DNA from: an uncultured archaeon
GTDB lineage: Archaea > Thermoplasmatota > Penumbrarchaeia > JASLWR01
Reading direction: 5' to 3'
Assembly (NCBI GenBank): GCA_964342815.1
Contig: CAYFHS010000006.1
Span: 1-64,000, forward strand
Length of the DNA: 64,000 nucleotides
Shown: one piece after another, positions 38,478 through 48,276 of the stretch
Position numbering within the stretch: the first letter of the stretch is position 1
How the letters are laid out: each line of letters begins with the position of its first letter
Notes under the pieces: generated by a model
What the model was told of the DNA's origin: nothing
What the model saw: the letters and a program-made list of their open reading frames with translations, nothing else
Database searches by the model: none
Translations under genes and position numbers: made by a program

Positions 38478-39869
38478 ATGGGATTATTCAGTATGGCCAC
38501 TAGAAATATTTTAAGAAAGATAAACAGAACGTTGCTGGTCTCAATGGCCCTCTGCTTTGCCATCGCTTCGATAATATCCGTCTATTCGGGTATCGAGGCC
38601 TCCAGTGCGGAAACCAAGGAGATGATCGATGAATATCAATCGTACATCGTCGATATGAGTGAACTCAGCGACGTGCAGGAGAGTATGATACAGGTCAGTG
38701 TGGGCTGGGGAGGAGGTATGGGCCACGGAGGTGGCTGGGGGGGCATGGGCGGTGGTTCCTCAGACGCAGTTAAACTAACCCAGGAGGAAATTGATATCGT
38801 GTCCTCAGTGGAATTAGTCGAGGCGGTCATTCCCAAGATCAGCAATTCGGTGGGCGAGGTGGATATGGAGCAGATAAGAGCGCAGATGAGGGCTATGAGG
38901 GAGCAGGGTGGCGGCGGTGCCTGGGGTGCCGGTGGTGGTGGTCATGGAGGCGGAGGTGGTGGTGGATTCGATAGAAATGCGATGATGGCATCATTCTATG
39001 ATTATTACGTGGAGGGAGTTCCCCTCGATTCTTCTCTGAATGAGAAATATTCGATACTTCCATCGAATATCGTTGAGGGAAGGCAACTCAACGAGAACGA
39101 TTCCGGGGTGGTTCTGATCCGGGATGAGTTGAAAAGCTTCTTCTCTGCGGGGCTAGGGAGCACGATCGACATCGAGGGACACGATTTCAGGATAGTGGGC
39201 ATCTACAACAGCTTTGTGAACCGGAACACTGTCTACATGAGTCTTCCGGACGCCCAACTGGTTGCGGGAATGGATGCAAATGAATACTCCTCCCTTGATG
39301 TGTACGTGGAAGACAAATCTCTGATCGATCTTGTGGTTTATGACATGGAGGAACAGTTGACGGATAGTTTCCGTGTAACGTCGTACGCAGAACGCAACGC
39401 CCGTTTCTCAGATCGTGTGCAACAGGCCCAGGAGGCGGAAATAGAAAGCCTCCAGGATGCCAACGACGAGGTTGAGAACTCCGGGAACGCGATCATCATC
39501 ATATCTCTCATTACTGCTGCCCTGATAGTGTTGTTCCTGATGATGTATACGGTGAAAGAGCGAACCAAGGAGATCGGCATATTCAAGGCGCTGGGATTCA
39601 CGGAGAACCGCATCATGAGCCAATTCGTATTGGAAGGAGGCATTGTCGGCTTGATAGGCGGCATATTCGGAATCGCCATCGGCTGGGCCGGCGCTCCCTT
39701 TATCGCGGAATTCTTCTTGCCGCCCACTGATGTTTATTCCACCATCGACCCGAGTATATTTTTAATCGCGGCAGGTCTGGGCTTATCGATCTTTCTGGGT
39801 GTCGTCGGGAGCATATACCCTGCCTGGAAAGCTTCCAGAAAATCTCCTGCGGAGGCGATCCGTGGGTGA
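38478..39869 (+). CDS. MacB/FtsX-type ABC permease with Gly-rich inserts
   Basis: RNILRKINRTLL, ERTKEIGIFKALG and YPAWKASRKSPAEAIR. Confidence 0.9.
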   Translation: MGLFSMATRNILRKINRTLLVSMALCFAIASIISVYSGIEASSAETKEMIDEYQSYIVDMSELSDVQESMIQVSVGWGGGMGHGGGWGGMGGGSSDAVKLTQEEIDIVSSVELVEAVIPKISNSVGEVDMEQIRAQMRAMREQGGGGAWGAGGGGHGGGGGGGFDRNAMMASFYDYYVEGVPLDSSLNEKYSILPSNIVEGRQLNENDSGVVLIRDELKSFFSAGLGSTIDIEGHDFRIVGIYNSFVNRNTVYMSLPDAQLVAGMDANEYSSLDVYVEDKSLIDLVVYDMEEQLTDSFRVTSYAERNARFSDRVQQAQEAEIESLQDANDEVENSGNAIIIISLITAALIVLFLMMYTVKERTKEIGIFKALGFTENRIMSQFVLEGGIVGLIGGIFGIAIGWAGAPFIAEFFLPPTDVYSTIDPSIFLIAAGLGLSIFLGVVGSIYPAWKASRKSPAEAIRG

Positions 39870-39931
39870 GGATTCAGTATAAAACTGGGATAATAGAACG
39901 TATCATTCATGAGATCCCGGATCAAGGCGTT

Positions 39932-40222
39932 TTAATTTAAAAGAGCATCGAGCATCAGAATGGCCGCTTTGCACATGACAGCACTGTCCTCGGTGGATAT
40001 TTTCAGCATCATTCTCTTCCGGAACAGTTGATCCGCTTCCACGAGCAAAGTCTCGGACCTATGAATTCCCCGCTGTTTCGCCTTAATAATAAGCGAATAG
40101 AACCTCTTCTCTGCATTCCAGAAACTTTTTTCTATGTTAGCTGTAGAATTGTCGATTTTATCATCACACCGGGTGATTTCTCTTTCAAGATCCTCTGATG
40201 ATACATCAATCAATAGTTCCAT
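39932..40222 (-). CDS. Hypothetical helical protein
   Basis: 96-aa ORF filling the gap between genes; no motif recognised. Confidence 0.5.
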   Translation of the reverse strand: MELLIDVSSEDLEREITRCDDKIDNSTANIEKSFWNAEKRFYSLIIKAKQRGIHRSETLLVEADQLFRKRMMLKISTEDSAVMCKAAILMLDALLN

Positions 40223-40295
40223 AATTCATCATCCCATCTCTTTCGGTAATTTAAAATTCCGTCATAAGTTTGTTACTATCATTCCTTATTTTCCC

Positions 40296-43200
40296 CTACC
40301 GATCATCAAATTTTTTATTCATCGGCAATCTGCCAAATTCATCATCTTCAAGATCGTCTTCCGGCTTTTTTTTCATACCGAGATATATGGCAATAACAAG
40401 GAAGGCCGTCACAATCATAACCACGATCCACAAGATGTAAAGCCAAATACTCATATTTTCTTCTGAAAATATTTTATTACCGTCATCATCCGGATTCTCT
40501 TCATCATCGGTTGTTAAGTCCAGTACAAGCGGAGGTTGTGAAGTCGAATTCTTTTCGGACATTCCCGGATTCCACTTATCCGGCATACCGTCGAAGTCCG
40601 TGTCCACGGATGCCGCGGGATCATATGGAAAAGCATCTTGCTCATCGGGGACTCCATCGTTATCGGAGTCCTTTATCTTCACTATGAGGGTGTAATCGTA
40701 ATGGTCTTTTCCACCTCGCCCGTCCGAAACAGTAACGTTTACCCAATATATCCCCTCTGATAACTTTCCAGAAAGATTTCCTGTGTGTCGATCTATTTCC
40801 AGCCACATGGCATTGGTATATATAGACCAGGTCAATTTATCAGCAACGGGATCATCGTCCGTAGCATTGAACCGAACAAAATAAATCTCCCCATCCATCG
40901 CAGACATCGGAGGTGTTGTGGTGATTATGGGTGGATCGTTAATATTATAAACGGTCAGAGAATAATTATACCATCCTTTCCCACCGTTACCATCGTTCAC
41001 CAAGACCGAGAGCAGGTATTGCCCCACTTCATCGTTGGTTGGAGTCCCGTACAATTCACCCGTATCATTGTTAAAATACAACCAGGTCGAATTCGTTTTC
41101 AGGTTCCAGGTAATTGTCCCCTGCATATCATCATCGGAGCTGAAATTAACGTAATATAATTCGTCTTCAGCAGTACTTATCCTGGGCTTTGTCATGATAA
41201 AAGGAGATGTGTTTTTCACAGTTAAAGTAAAATTTTTAAAATCGAACTCTCTCTGATCAGCAGTTACAGATATATTTACCCAAAACCTTCCTACATTCTC
41301 GTTGGTTGGTATACCAAAAAGAAATCCTGTTGTCTCGTTTAGAGTTAACCATTTCGCGTTCGTATCCAGGTTCCATAAGATAGATTCATCATTATTGAAT
41401 GCAATCTCATATTCATAATCTATTCCATATGGCACATCTTCCTCGTGTGTGGTAAGATCAATGGTGGTGATTCTTAAAATTATTCTTCGTGGCGCCTCCC
41501 AGTGAAAAAACGGATAAGTAAGCCCATCATGTATCCTCCAAATTGTTGAAAAATCCCAATTTGAATCTATAAAGGTTTTCCTGCTCATCATTTGCGTGGT
41601 GTTCTTCCCTATACCGCCGTCGCTCTGGGTTTGACCCGAAGTTTCATTATCCCAAAAACAATTCAGAAAAATGCCGATATCATTATCTCCCGCAAGCCCT
41701 CCGGTATTAAATTCACCGGACACGCTGGTCGCCGTATAACAGTCCTCAACCATACCGGAGTTGAATCCAATAAGCCCACCAATAAAACTATTACCACCCA
41801 CCGAACCAATCGTATAACAGTTTTCCATCTTACCCTCGTTTGTACCAACAAGCCCGCCGATATGGGTATTTCCACTTACATTTCCAATTACACGACACCT
41901 ACTTATCAAACAATCATTACCGGAGATGCCGACAAGTCCGCCCACCCAATTATTTCCACTTACATTGATATCAATCAATGAAACATTTGATATCTTCGCA
42001 TTATTATCCAATTGGCCGAAAAGTCCTGTATAGCTGTCATCTGGAAAAGATAAATTCAGGTTGGAAATCAGGAAACCATTTCCATCGTATTCACCCCCGG
42101 AGAAAACGGGTATATGAATGCCTGGTTCTTGGGATAGATCAATATTTGATAGCTGTCTGAAATTATAATCCAGTAATGCAAAGGGAAGTATGCATTTCAG
42201 ATCGGATACGGACGAAACATTATAGCTGACAGTCCCCGGGATCTTATTCAGGTAATCATCTATATATATTACCATATCCTGGGATATCCAATCATTAAAT
42301 TGCGGGTTTAAAATACCATATGGCGTGGGGTGTTTCTTTCCGTTTATAGTTGATTGATCGATGCAATAGAATGAATTTTTCACTTGTGTGAATGAATATG
42401 TATATCCAACAAGCCCACCAACAAAATCACCTTTTCCACTCACGTTACTCTTTGCATAGCAGTTTTTTACCGTTCCGGATGTTTGGAATCCGATAAGCCC
42501 GCCAATGAAACTTTGGTTACCTGTAACGGTTCCAAATGATTTGCATTTCTTAACATCCCCCCAACTGTTTCCCACAAAACCCCCGACCCTTTTATTTCCA
42601 TGTACATCGCCAGTCGCAGAACAATTATCAACAATGTTGTCGCAATCACCCACAAGTCCTCCCACAGACAATTTCCCGTATATATTGTTAGAAGCCGAGC
42701 TGTTCTCTATCAGACCGTGATAATTCCTTCCTACTAGGCCCCCGACGTTCTCATATGCTTCCACCGATCCTGCAGCCGAGCAATTTGTGATTATACCTAG
42801 ATTCTTTCCAACCAATCCCCCGACGTTATAATCTCCCTTCACATTACCAGTTATGCTAGAGCCATTTATCCGGCCAAGATTGTTTCCAACAAGCCCGCCG
42901 AGGTTGTTTTTTCCAGTGATATTTGCGTCCACAAGATTAATGTTACTTAATAATCCGTTGCTTTCCATGTAGCCGAAAAGGCCAAGGTTAATGTCGGTGC
43001 GGTTGATGAATATACCCGTAATATTATATCCTTGGCCATCGAGACTGCCATTGAAGCGGCCATAGAATTTGCCGATTGGATCAAATCCAATACCATCGTT
43101 CCAATATCGTGTTGAATTGGCATTTATATCGCATACGAGTATATAATGTGCATGTCTGTCACGGCTTATATTCTGGAGAAGTGACACATTGGAGATTCGG

Positions 43201-43391
43201 TAGGGATTGCTTTCCGAGCCGTTTCCTCTTCTAAAAAGTGTATCAACAATCACATTATTTCCGTCAGTGTGTGTCGAGTAATTTTTCATTATTATTTTCT
43301 TTTTGATAATATTCGAAGTTGGAAAGATAATTATTGAATTCCCGACAAGCAGAAGGCACACTACCATTATCGCCGTGGTCTTAGGATACAT
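40296..43391 (-). CDS. Surface protein with GLUG-like repeats, cadherin/He_PIG-like domains, DxDxDG motif and C-terminal TM
   Basis: Repeated VGGLVG.N.G; WL...TG.L.GTP; DSDNDGVPDEQDAFP; TM WLYILWIVVMIVTAFLVIAIYLG. Confidence 0.88.
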   Translation of the reverse strand: MYPKTTAIMVVCLLLVGNSIIIFPTSNIIKKKIIMKNYSTHTDGNNVIVDTLFRRGNGSESNPYRISNVSLLQNISRDRHAHYILVCDINANSTRYWNDGIGFDPIGKFYGRFNGSLDGQGYNITGIFINRTDINLGLFGYMESNGLLSNINLVDANITGKNNLGGLVGNNLGRINGSSITGNVKGDYNVGGLVGKNLGIITNCSAAGSVEAYENVGGLVGRNYHGLIENSSASNNIYGKLSVGGLVGDCDNIVDNCSATGDVHGNKRVGGFVGNSWGDVKKCKSFGTVTGNQSFIGGLIGFQTSGTVKNCYAKSNVSGKGDFVGGLVGYTYSFTQVKNSFYCIDQSTINGKKHPTPYGILNPQFNDWISQDMVIYIDDYLNKIPGTVSYNVSSVSDLKCILPFALLDYNFRQLSNIDLSQEPGIHIPVFSGGEYDGNGFLISNLNLSFPDDSYTGLFGQLDNNAKISNVSLIDINVSGNNWVGGLVGISGNDCLISRCRVIGNVSGNTHIGGLVGTNEGKMENCYTIGSVGGNSFIGGLIGFNSGMVEDCYTATSVSGEFNTGGLAGDNDIGIFLNCFWDNETSGQTQSDGGIGKNTTQMMSRKTFIDSNWDFSTIWRIHDGLTYPFFHWEAPRRIILRITTIDLTTHEEDVPYGIDYEYEIAFNNDESILWNLDTNAKWLTLNETTGFLFGIPTNENVGRFWVNISVTADQREFDFKNFTLTVKNTSPFIMTKPRISTAEDELYYVNFSSDDDMQGTITWNLKTNSTWLYFNNDTGELYGTPTNDEVGQYLLSVLVNDGNGGKGWYNYSLTVYNINDPPIITTTPPMSAMDGEIYFVRFNATDDDPVADKLTWSIYTNAMWLEIDRHTGNLSGKLSEGIYWVNVTVSDGRGGKDHYDYTLIVKIKDSDNDGVPDEQDAFPYDPAASVDTDFDGMPDKWNPGMSEKNSTSQPPLVLDLTTDDEENPDDDGNKIFSEENMSIWLYILWIVVMIVTAFLVIAIYLGMKKKPEDDLEDDEFGRLPMNKKFDDR

Positions 43392-43702
43392 GATCGCTCT
43401 CCAGCATCAGTGGTCAAGTATAATTATCTAACTTCTTTCTATAAATCACATCTCCCTTTATTTTAATAAATCTATTGATGTAAATTGAAAAGCTTATGAC
43501 TGGGAATAAATTACATGAATTTGCAGACCTCTCAGGCGGTAATTCCAGATTTTCGGAGTAACGCAGTTTTCCATTTAGATTCTCATTCGTTGGATTCACA
43601 CCATGGAACTACGGATTGTTATTGTGTATCATTCCTTATATATGATTAAATCCATGTTCACTATAAGAGGGGGATTTACTGTTGAGGAAATGGTGAATCC
43701 AA

Positions 43703-44098
43703 ATGAGTCAAACTGAAACGACTATCGATGTCAGGGAAGTAATAGACATCAAAGAACTTGTCATGGCCCAATTGCTGACCGATGATTACTGTTTGAAGAT
43801 CATTTCGGGAACAGCCAAGAAGGGCATGAGCGTAAAGGAGATGGCCTTTACCTATTTTATCCCCTTTGCCACCTGCTACAAGAAAGTGGCCCAGCTTGAA
43901 GCCATCGGGCTGTTGCGGGAAGACGGTAAAGCACTCAAAGGGAATGGAAAAAAATATTCTGTTTACCGCTCATGCTTGAAAAACCTAGAGGTCAATTACA
44001 AGAACAAACATATCGTGCTGGAAATAGAGCTGGAAGGTAAAGCGCCGAAAAAGTTATCGCTGGACCTTGTCGGGGGTTCGCTCCTTACAACCACATGA
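43703..44098 (+). CDS. Archaeal winged-helix regulator
   Basis: LLTDDYCLKII...SVKEMA...IPFATCYKKVAQLEAIGLL...GK....YRS. Confidence 0.8.
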   Translation: MSQTETTIDVREVIDIKELVMAQLLTDDYCLKIISGTAKKGMSVKEMAFTYFIPFATCYKKVAQLEAIGLLREDGKALKGNGKKYSVYRSCLKNLEVNYKNKHIVLEIELEGKAPKKLSLDLVGGSLLTTT

Positions 44099-44127
44099 TC
44101 CCGTTTATCTTTGATGTCTATTATTCA

Positions 44128-44139
44128 TTTTTTTTTTTT
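44128..44139 (+). terminator. Oligo-T (T12) archaeal-type terminator
   Basis: 12 consecutive T about 30 bp after the stop at 44098. Confidence 0.55.
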
Positions 44140-44251
44140 AATAAGACAATCTGAAAGATCGATCGTAATTAGTATTTCTTTTCGCTTCAACAGATAATAT
44201 TAAAGTATTTTAAAACCTTATCAACCCAATGAAATCGTTCCGGGGGAGCTG

Positions 44252-45373
44252 ATGGCCAAGAGACGAATGGACCGGGAAACCTGGGAAAAGGAAAATTCTG
44301 ATAGCGGGGATTTTATTCCAAAGGACCGACCCAAGAAACGGAGCGTCGGTGGCAAGATTCTTTTCCTAATAGGCAGTTTTATAAAACACCTGGCCATAAT
44401 CGTTTTTATGATATCCGTGGTGCTGGTGTTATTGTGGGGTTATACGGGAAGCTGGCCGCCGTTCGTGGTAGTGCAGTCGGGCAGCATGATGCATCATGAA
44501 ACCGACAGCCAATACGGTGCAGTTGACACCGGTGATATTATCCTTTATAGAAACGTCGATCAAAGCGTGATACAATCAGAGACCACCAGTTGGGTGGACC
44601 AAGAAGAAAAACATTACGGCACGTGGGGTGACGTTCTTATATTCGAGAAAAACGGTGAGGACAGCACACCGATGATCCACAGGGCTGTGGTATGGCTGGA
44701 AGTGAACCTGGCTGATTATGATGGAAACACAAAAAGAGGCGCAACATACGACATACCTTCCATGGGTCTCTATGGACAATCCGGGATAGTGATCATACCA
44801 GGGTACCCGGCCTTTGCCACAAACAGCTCGGATACCACAGATTTGAAAATAGACCTCGACCATATATTGAATAAATATCATGAGCAAGGCCAAAAACCCA
44901 GAAGCGGTTATATTACTAAAGGCGATAATAATCCCCGAATAGACCAGCCCGATATATGCATGCCGGTGGTTGACGAGTGGGTTATGGGGAAGGGCGGGGG
45001 CGAGATTCCATGGCTGGGTCTCATCAGCCTGATATACAAGGATAATCCCGACCCCATCCCCCGCAATTCGATCATATGGTCCGTCTTCACATTAATTATT
45101 CTCTTTGGTATCTCTATAAATCTTGAGATAGTAATAAAGATGATTAGAAGACGCCGGAAGGTAAAGAAGGAGAAATCCAAGAAGAAGGAAGAAAAGCGAT
45201 TTAAAAAGATATACTCAAAACTCGACGCAGGCCCCAAAAATAAAAGAAATTGGAATGAAACAGTTGTAGTTGAGGACGATTATGATGATGGTTGGGATCA
45301 AGGGGGCGGTCCATCGGAAGATGAATGGGACTGGGATGACGATGACGATTATGACGATTATTATGACGATTAA
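44252..45373 (+). CDS. Signal peptidase I (S26, archaeal Sec11-like) with acidic tail
   Basis: PPFVVVQSGSM (Ser), MIHRAV (His), ITKGDNN, GEIPWLG. Confidence 0.9.
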   Translation: MAKRRMDRETWEKENSDSGDFIPKDRPKKRSVGGKILFLIGSFIKHLAIIVFMISVVLVLLWGYTGSWPPFVVVQSGSMMHHETDSQYGAVDTGDIILYRNVDQSVIQSETTSWVDQEEKHYGTWGDVLIFEKNGEDSTPMIHRAVVWLEVNLADYDGNTKRGATYDIPSMGLYGQSGIVIIPGYPAFATNSSDTTDLKIDLDHILNKYHEQGQKPRSGYITKGDNNPRIDQPDICMPVVDEWVMGKGGGEIPWLGLISLIYKDNPDPIPRNSIIWSVFTLIILFGISINLEIVIKMIRRRRKVKKEKSKKKEEKRFKKIYSKLDAGPKNKRNWNETVVVEDDYDDGWDQGGGPSEDEWDWDDDDDYDDYYDD

Positions 45374-45555
45374 GCTGAAGTGTATGTCGAATTTACTGAG
45401 CTAATTACTTTCATAATAATAATGAATAAATGGCTTTAGATTCATTAAACCTTGCTTTTTTTATCATATAGGAAATACAGACCATCCAGTCGATTTGTAC
45501 TTTATTTAGGCAATCAAGTATTTGCGATAACGCAGGAGTGGAACTCTGCTAAGTC

Positions 45556-45827
45556 GCCAATTTCCTTTGGAATTTGGCTCCCCGAGGGAGCCCATCCCGA
45601 AGGGATATATTTGGGGGGGATGCCCACTTCGTTCCGCTAAATCAGAGATTTAGCTGCACCCTCGGTTTTGCGAACAAAACCTACGGGTGGCCCCGCTTTC
45701 CCGCAGGAATCCCATCTGGGATTCCGAGGGTGCTCACCTTGTTACGATGCATCAGAGATACATCTGCTTCCTCGGGAGTAAACTCCCTACGGATGCAGGC
45801 GTATCTTCGATGCGCCGTGTCATCGTA
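45556..45827. repeat. Dense cloverleaf hairpin cluster containing two GTAG-stem-GA modules on the minus strand and an inverted GCAG module on the plus strand
   Basis: At least 8 stems, e.g. ggctccc-cga-gggagcc, gctaaatc-aga-gatttagc, ggttttg-cgaa-caaaacc, ggaatccc-atct-gggattcc, gggag-taaa-ctccc, ggcgtatc-ttc-gatgcgcc. Confidence 0.7.
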
Positions 45828-45909
45828 GAAAAGTGGTTTTTCATTGCTCTTTTTTGACACCTATCAGTAACATTATTATATGTATAAAATCCTTGTACAC
45901 TAGATAACT

Positions 45910-48231
45910 ATGAGCTTACCACCGGCCCCATCCGATTCCTATACTCGTTTTCTGACACCTCCTGCCACAAAGGCCGCACCACACTACGTAATGAATATCC
46001 TGCCAATTTTCAAGATCACCCATATACTCGGCAGCGGAGGTTCGGCCGACGTTTACGCAGCCGAAGATGATGACGGAAGCGAGATCGCAATAAAGATACC
46101 TCATCAGAAGTTCGATAATACCATCGACACATCAATTTATAAGAGATTCGAGAAAGAAGCGGAGATGTGGAATAATCTCGACCATCAGAACATAGTAAAT
46201 TTTTTCTCGGCCCATGACCAACCTGTACCCCATATATCCATGGAATTGGTCAAGGGCGGGTCACTCCGATCATTGATGAAGAACCACCGGCTTACAGTAA
46301 GCGAAGCAATCCATATCATGCAGCAGGTATTGGAAGGCCTTTCTTATGCACATCGAATGGCCATAGTGCACCGGGACCTGAAACCCGAGAACATCCTTTT
46401 CACGGAAGAGGGCCTTGCAAAGATCACCGATTGGGGTATAGGAAAGTTCATGTCATCGGCTACCAGCTCGAAAACGGTTGGACATCTCGGGACCATGGCC
46501 TACAGCGCCCCGGAGCAGTTCGACAAGAAACAGTTCGGGACCATCGATTGGCAGACCGATATTTTTCAGGCGGGGATCATGTTTTATGAGATGTTGACCG
46601 GGGAAAATCCTTTTGCCGACCTGGACAACGCCAGCGTAATGGGCAAGGTCCTGATACTCGATCCCAAACCGCCGAGCAGTTATAACAGTGAAATTCCATT
46701 TGCTCTGGACAATATTGTGCTTGGAGCCCTGGGGAAAAAGAAAAGCTCGAGATGGAGGAGTGCTGATGTCATGCTCTTCCAGTTGAGGCACATGATCAGC
46801 GGGGGAAAGGTGAGCCGTCAGGGTGGGATGAAAGTCCCTCCCGAGCGATCGGAAAAACTTTCTCCAAAGGAGCGGGCACGTGTCATGGCTGAAAAACTTG
46901 ATCAAATGCTAGAGGAATTGAAGAAAATGGATGTGGATGTATCGGGTTTTCTGGAAAATCATTCCAAGGTGAAACGATCCATTAAGATGGGATGGTACGA
47001 GGACGCTGTCACTTTGGGCATTGGATTACTCAAGGAATTTGAATCAAGTTACGCGGAAAAGATGAGGGAAAGGTCGCGAAAGAGAGAAATGCTCCGGCGG
47101 AACGTGAAGATACTTTTCGGGACAGCTTTTAGGTTTAAGATAGACTGCGAGCATTTATTCGAAAAGAACCTGAAAGCCCGGGAGGCTCAGGAGAACGGCG
47201 ATCTTCAGAGAGAGGAGAAACTCAACCGGGAATTGTTACAAGAGTTAACCGAAGGGATCAATGAACATCGTGAGAGGCTGAAGGAGAAGAACAAGGTCGA
47301 GAGATTGGGTGAAGAGATCTCTCAATTATATCAGAGAGCTCTTATATACGGCATCGGTCTCTCAGAAGCACCCCGCTTGATCACCAATGCATCGGCCTTC
47401 CTGAACGAAGGCCGGTTTCAGGAGGCGAAAAAAGCTTTCGCCAAGGCAAATTCCGAACTGGAGACAGCTATCCGGAAATATGAGAGGCTTGAGGGCAGCA
47501 GGAGAAGGAAAGAATATCAGGACATATGGAACGCATCCGAGAAGACCATCCGTTTGAAGTCCACGGTTTATGTGAAAAAACTATTTGTCCAGCACAAAGA
47601 GATTAGAAAGAACAATATAGTGCAGCGGAGGAATTTTATGGGAACCCCATTTGTCAAGATCCCTGGAAAGAACTTTTACATGGCCCGCCACACCGTGACA
47701 CAGAGGGAGTGGAGCATCGTCATGGGGACGGCCCCATGGGAGGGGAGGCGTTATGGGACCGAAGGGGATGAATTTCCTGCCACCTATGTCTCGTGGTATC
47801 ACTGCAGGGATTTCATAAAGAGGCTGAACGAGATGGAAGGTGTCGTCCTGTATCGGCTTCCCACCGAAGAGGAATGGGAGTTTGCTTGCAGTGCCGATAG
47901 TGATACATATTATTATTTCGGGGATGATGAAAAGCATCTGAGATATTACGCATGGTACAGGGATAATGCATGGGCTGCGGGTAAAAAGTTCGCCCACCGA
48001 GTATGCCAGAAGAAACCGAATGCATGGGGTCTCTATGACATGCACGGCAATGTATGGGAATGGTGCGAGGACGAATACGACGCAGGTGGAGAGGCCCGTG
48101 TGATAACTGGCGGGAGCTGGGATGATCTTGCCGAATACTGCCGTACCGGTGAGCACCACGGCAATGTCCCCGATGACGCAACCGACGACGTGGGTTTCCG
48201 ACTGGTTCGGGACATGTCCGGTGGGAAATGA
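45910..48231 (+). CDS. Hanks-type Ser/Thr kinase, coiled-coil, FGE-sulfatase (C-type-lectin fold) domain
   Basis: GSGGSADV, AIK, HRDLKPEN, DWG, APE; VTQREW, RLPTEEEWE, PNAWGLYDMHGNVWEWC, GGSW, GFRLV. True start may be ATG 45991. Confidence 0.9.
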   Translation: MSLPPAPSDSYTRFLTPPATKAAPHYVMNILPIFKITHILGSGGSADVYAAEDDDGSEIAIKIPHQKFDNTIDTSIYKRFEKEAEMWNNLDHQNIVNFFSAHDQPVPHISMELVKGGSLRSLMKNHRLTVSEAIHIMQQVLEGLSYAHRMAIVHRDLKPENILFTEEGLAKITDWGIGKFMSSATSSKTVGHLGTMAYSAPEQFDKKQFGTIDWQTDIFQAGIMFYEMLTGENPFADLDNASVMGKVLILDPKPPSSYNSEIPFALDNIVLGALGKKKSSRWRSADVMLFQLRHMISGGKVSRQGGMKVPPERSEKLSPKERARVMAEKLDQMLEELKKMDVDVSGFLENHSKVKRSIKMGWYEDAVTLGIGLLKEFESSYAEKMRERSRKREMLRRNVKILFGTAFRFKIDCEHLFEKNLKAREAQENGDLQREEKLNRELLQELTEGINEHRERLKEKNKVERLGEEISQLYQRALIYGIGLSEAPRLITNASAFLNEGRFQEAKKAFAKANSELETAIRKYERLEGSRRRKEYQDIWNASEKTIRLKSTVYVKKLFVQHKEIRKNNIVQRRNFMGTPFVKIPGKNFYMARHTVTQREWSIVMGTAPWEGRRYGTEGDEFPATYVSWYHCRDFIKRLNEMEGVVLYRLPTEEEWEFACSADSDTYYYFGDDEKHLRYYAWYRDNAWAAGKKFAHRVCQKKPNAWGLYDMHGNVWEWCEDEYDAGGEARVITGGSWDDLAEYCRTGEHHGNVPDDATDDVGFRLVRDMSGGK

Positions 48232-48276
48232 ACCGCAAACCGAGATCTTATTTTCATCCGATTCATAGGCTGGTCT

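Noticed and set aside
48097-48231. Complete DGR
   Set aside because: No reverse transcriptase, template repeat or IMH hairpin in the window; kept only as a possible trans target.
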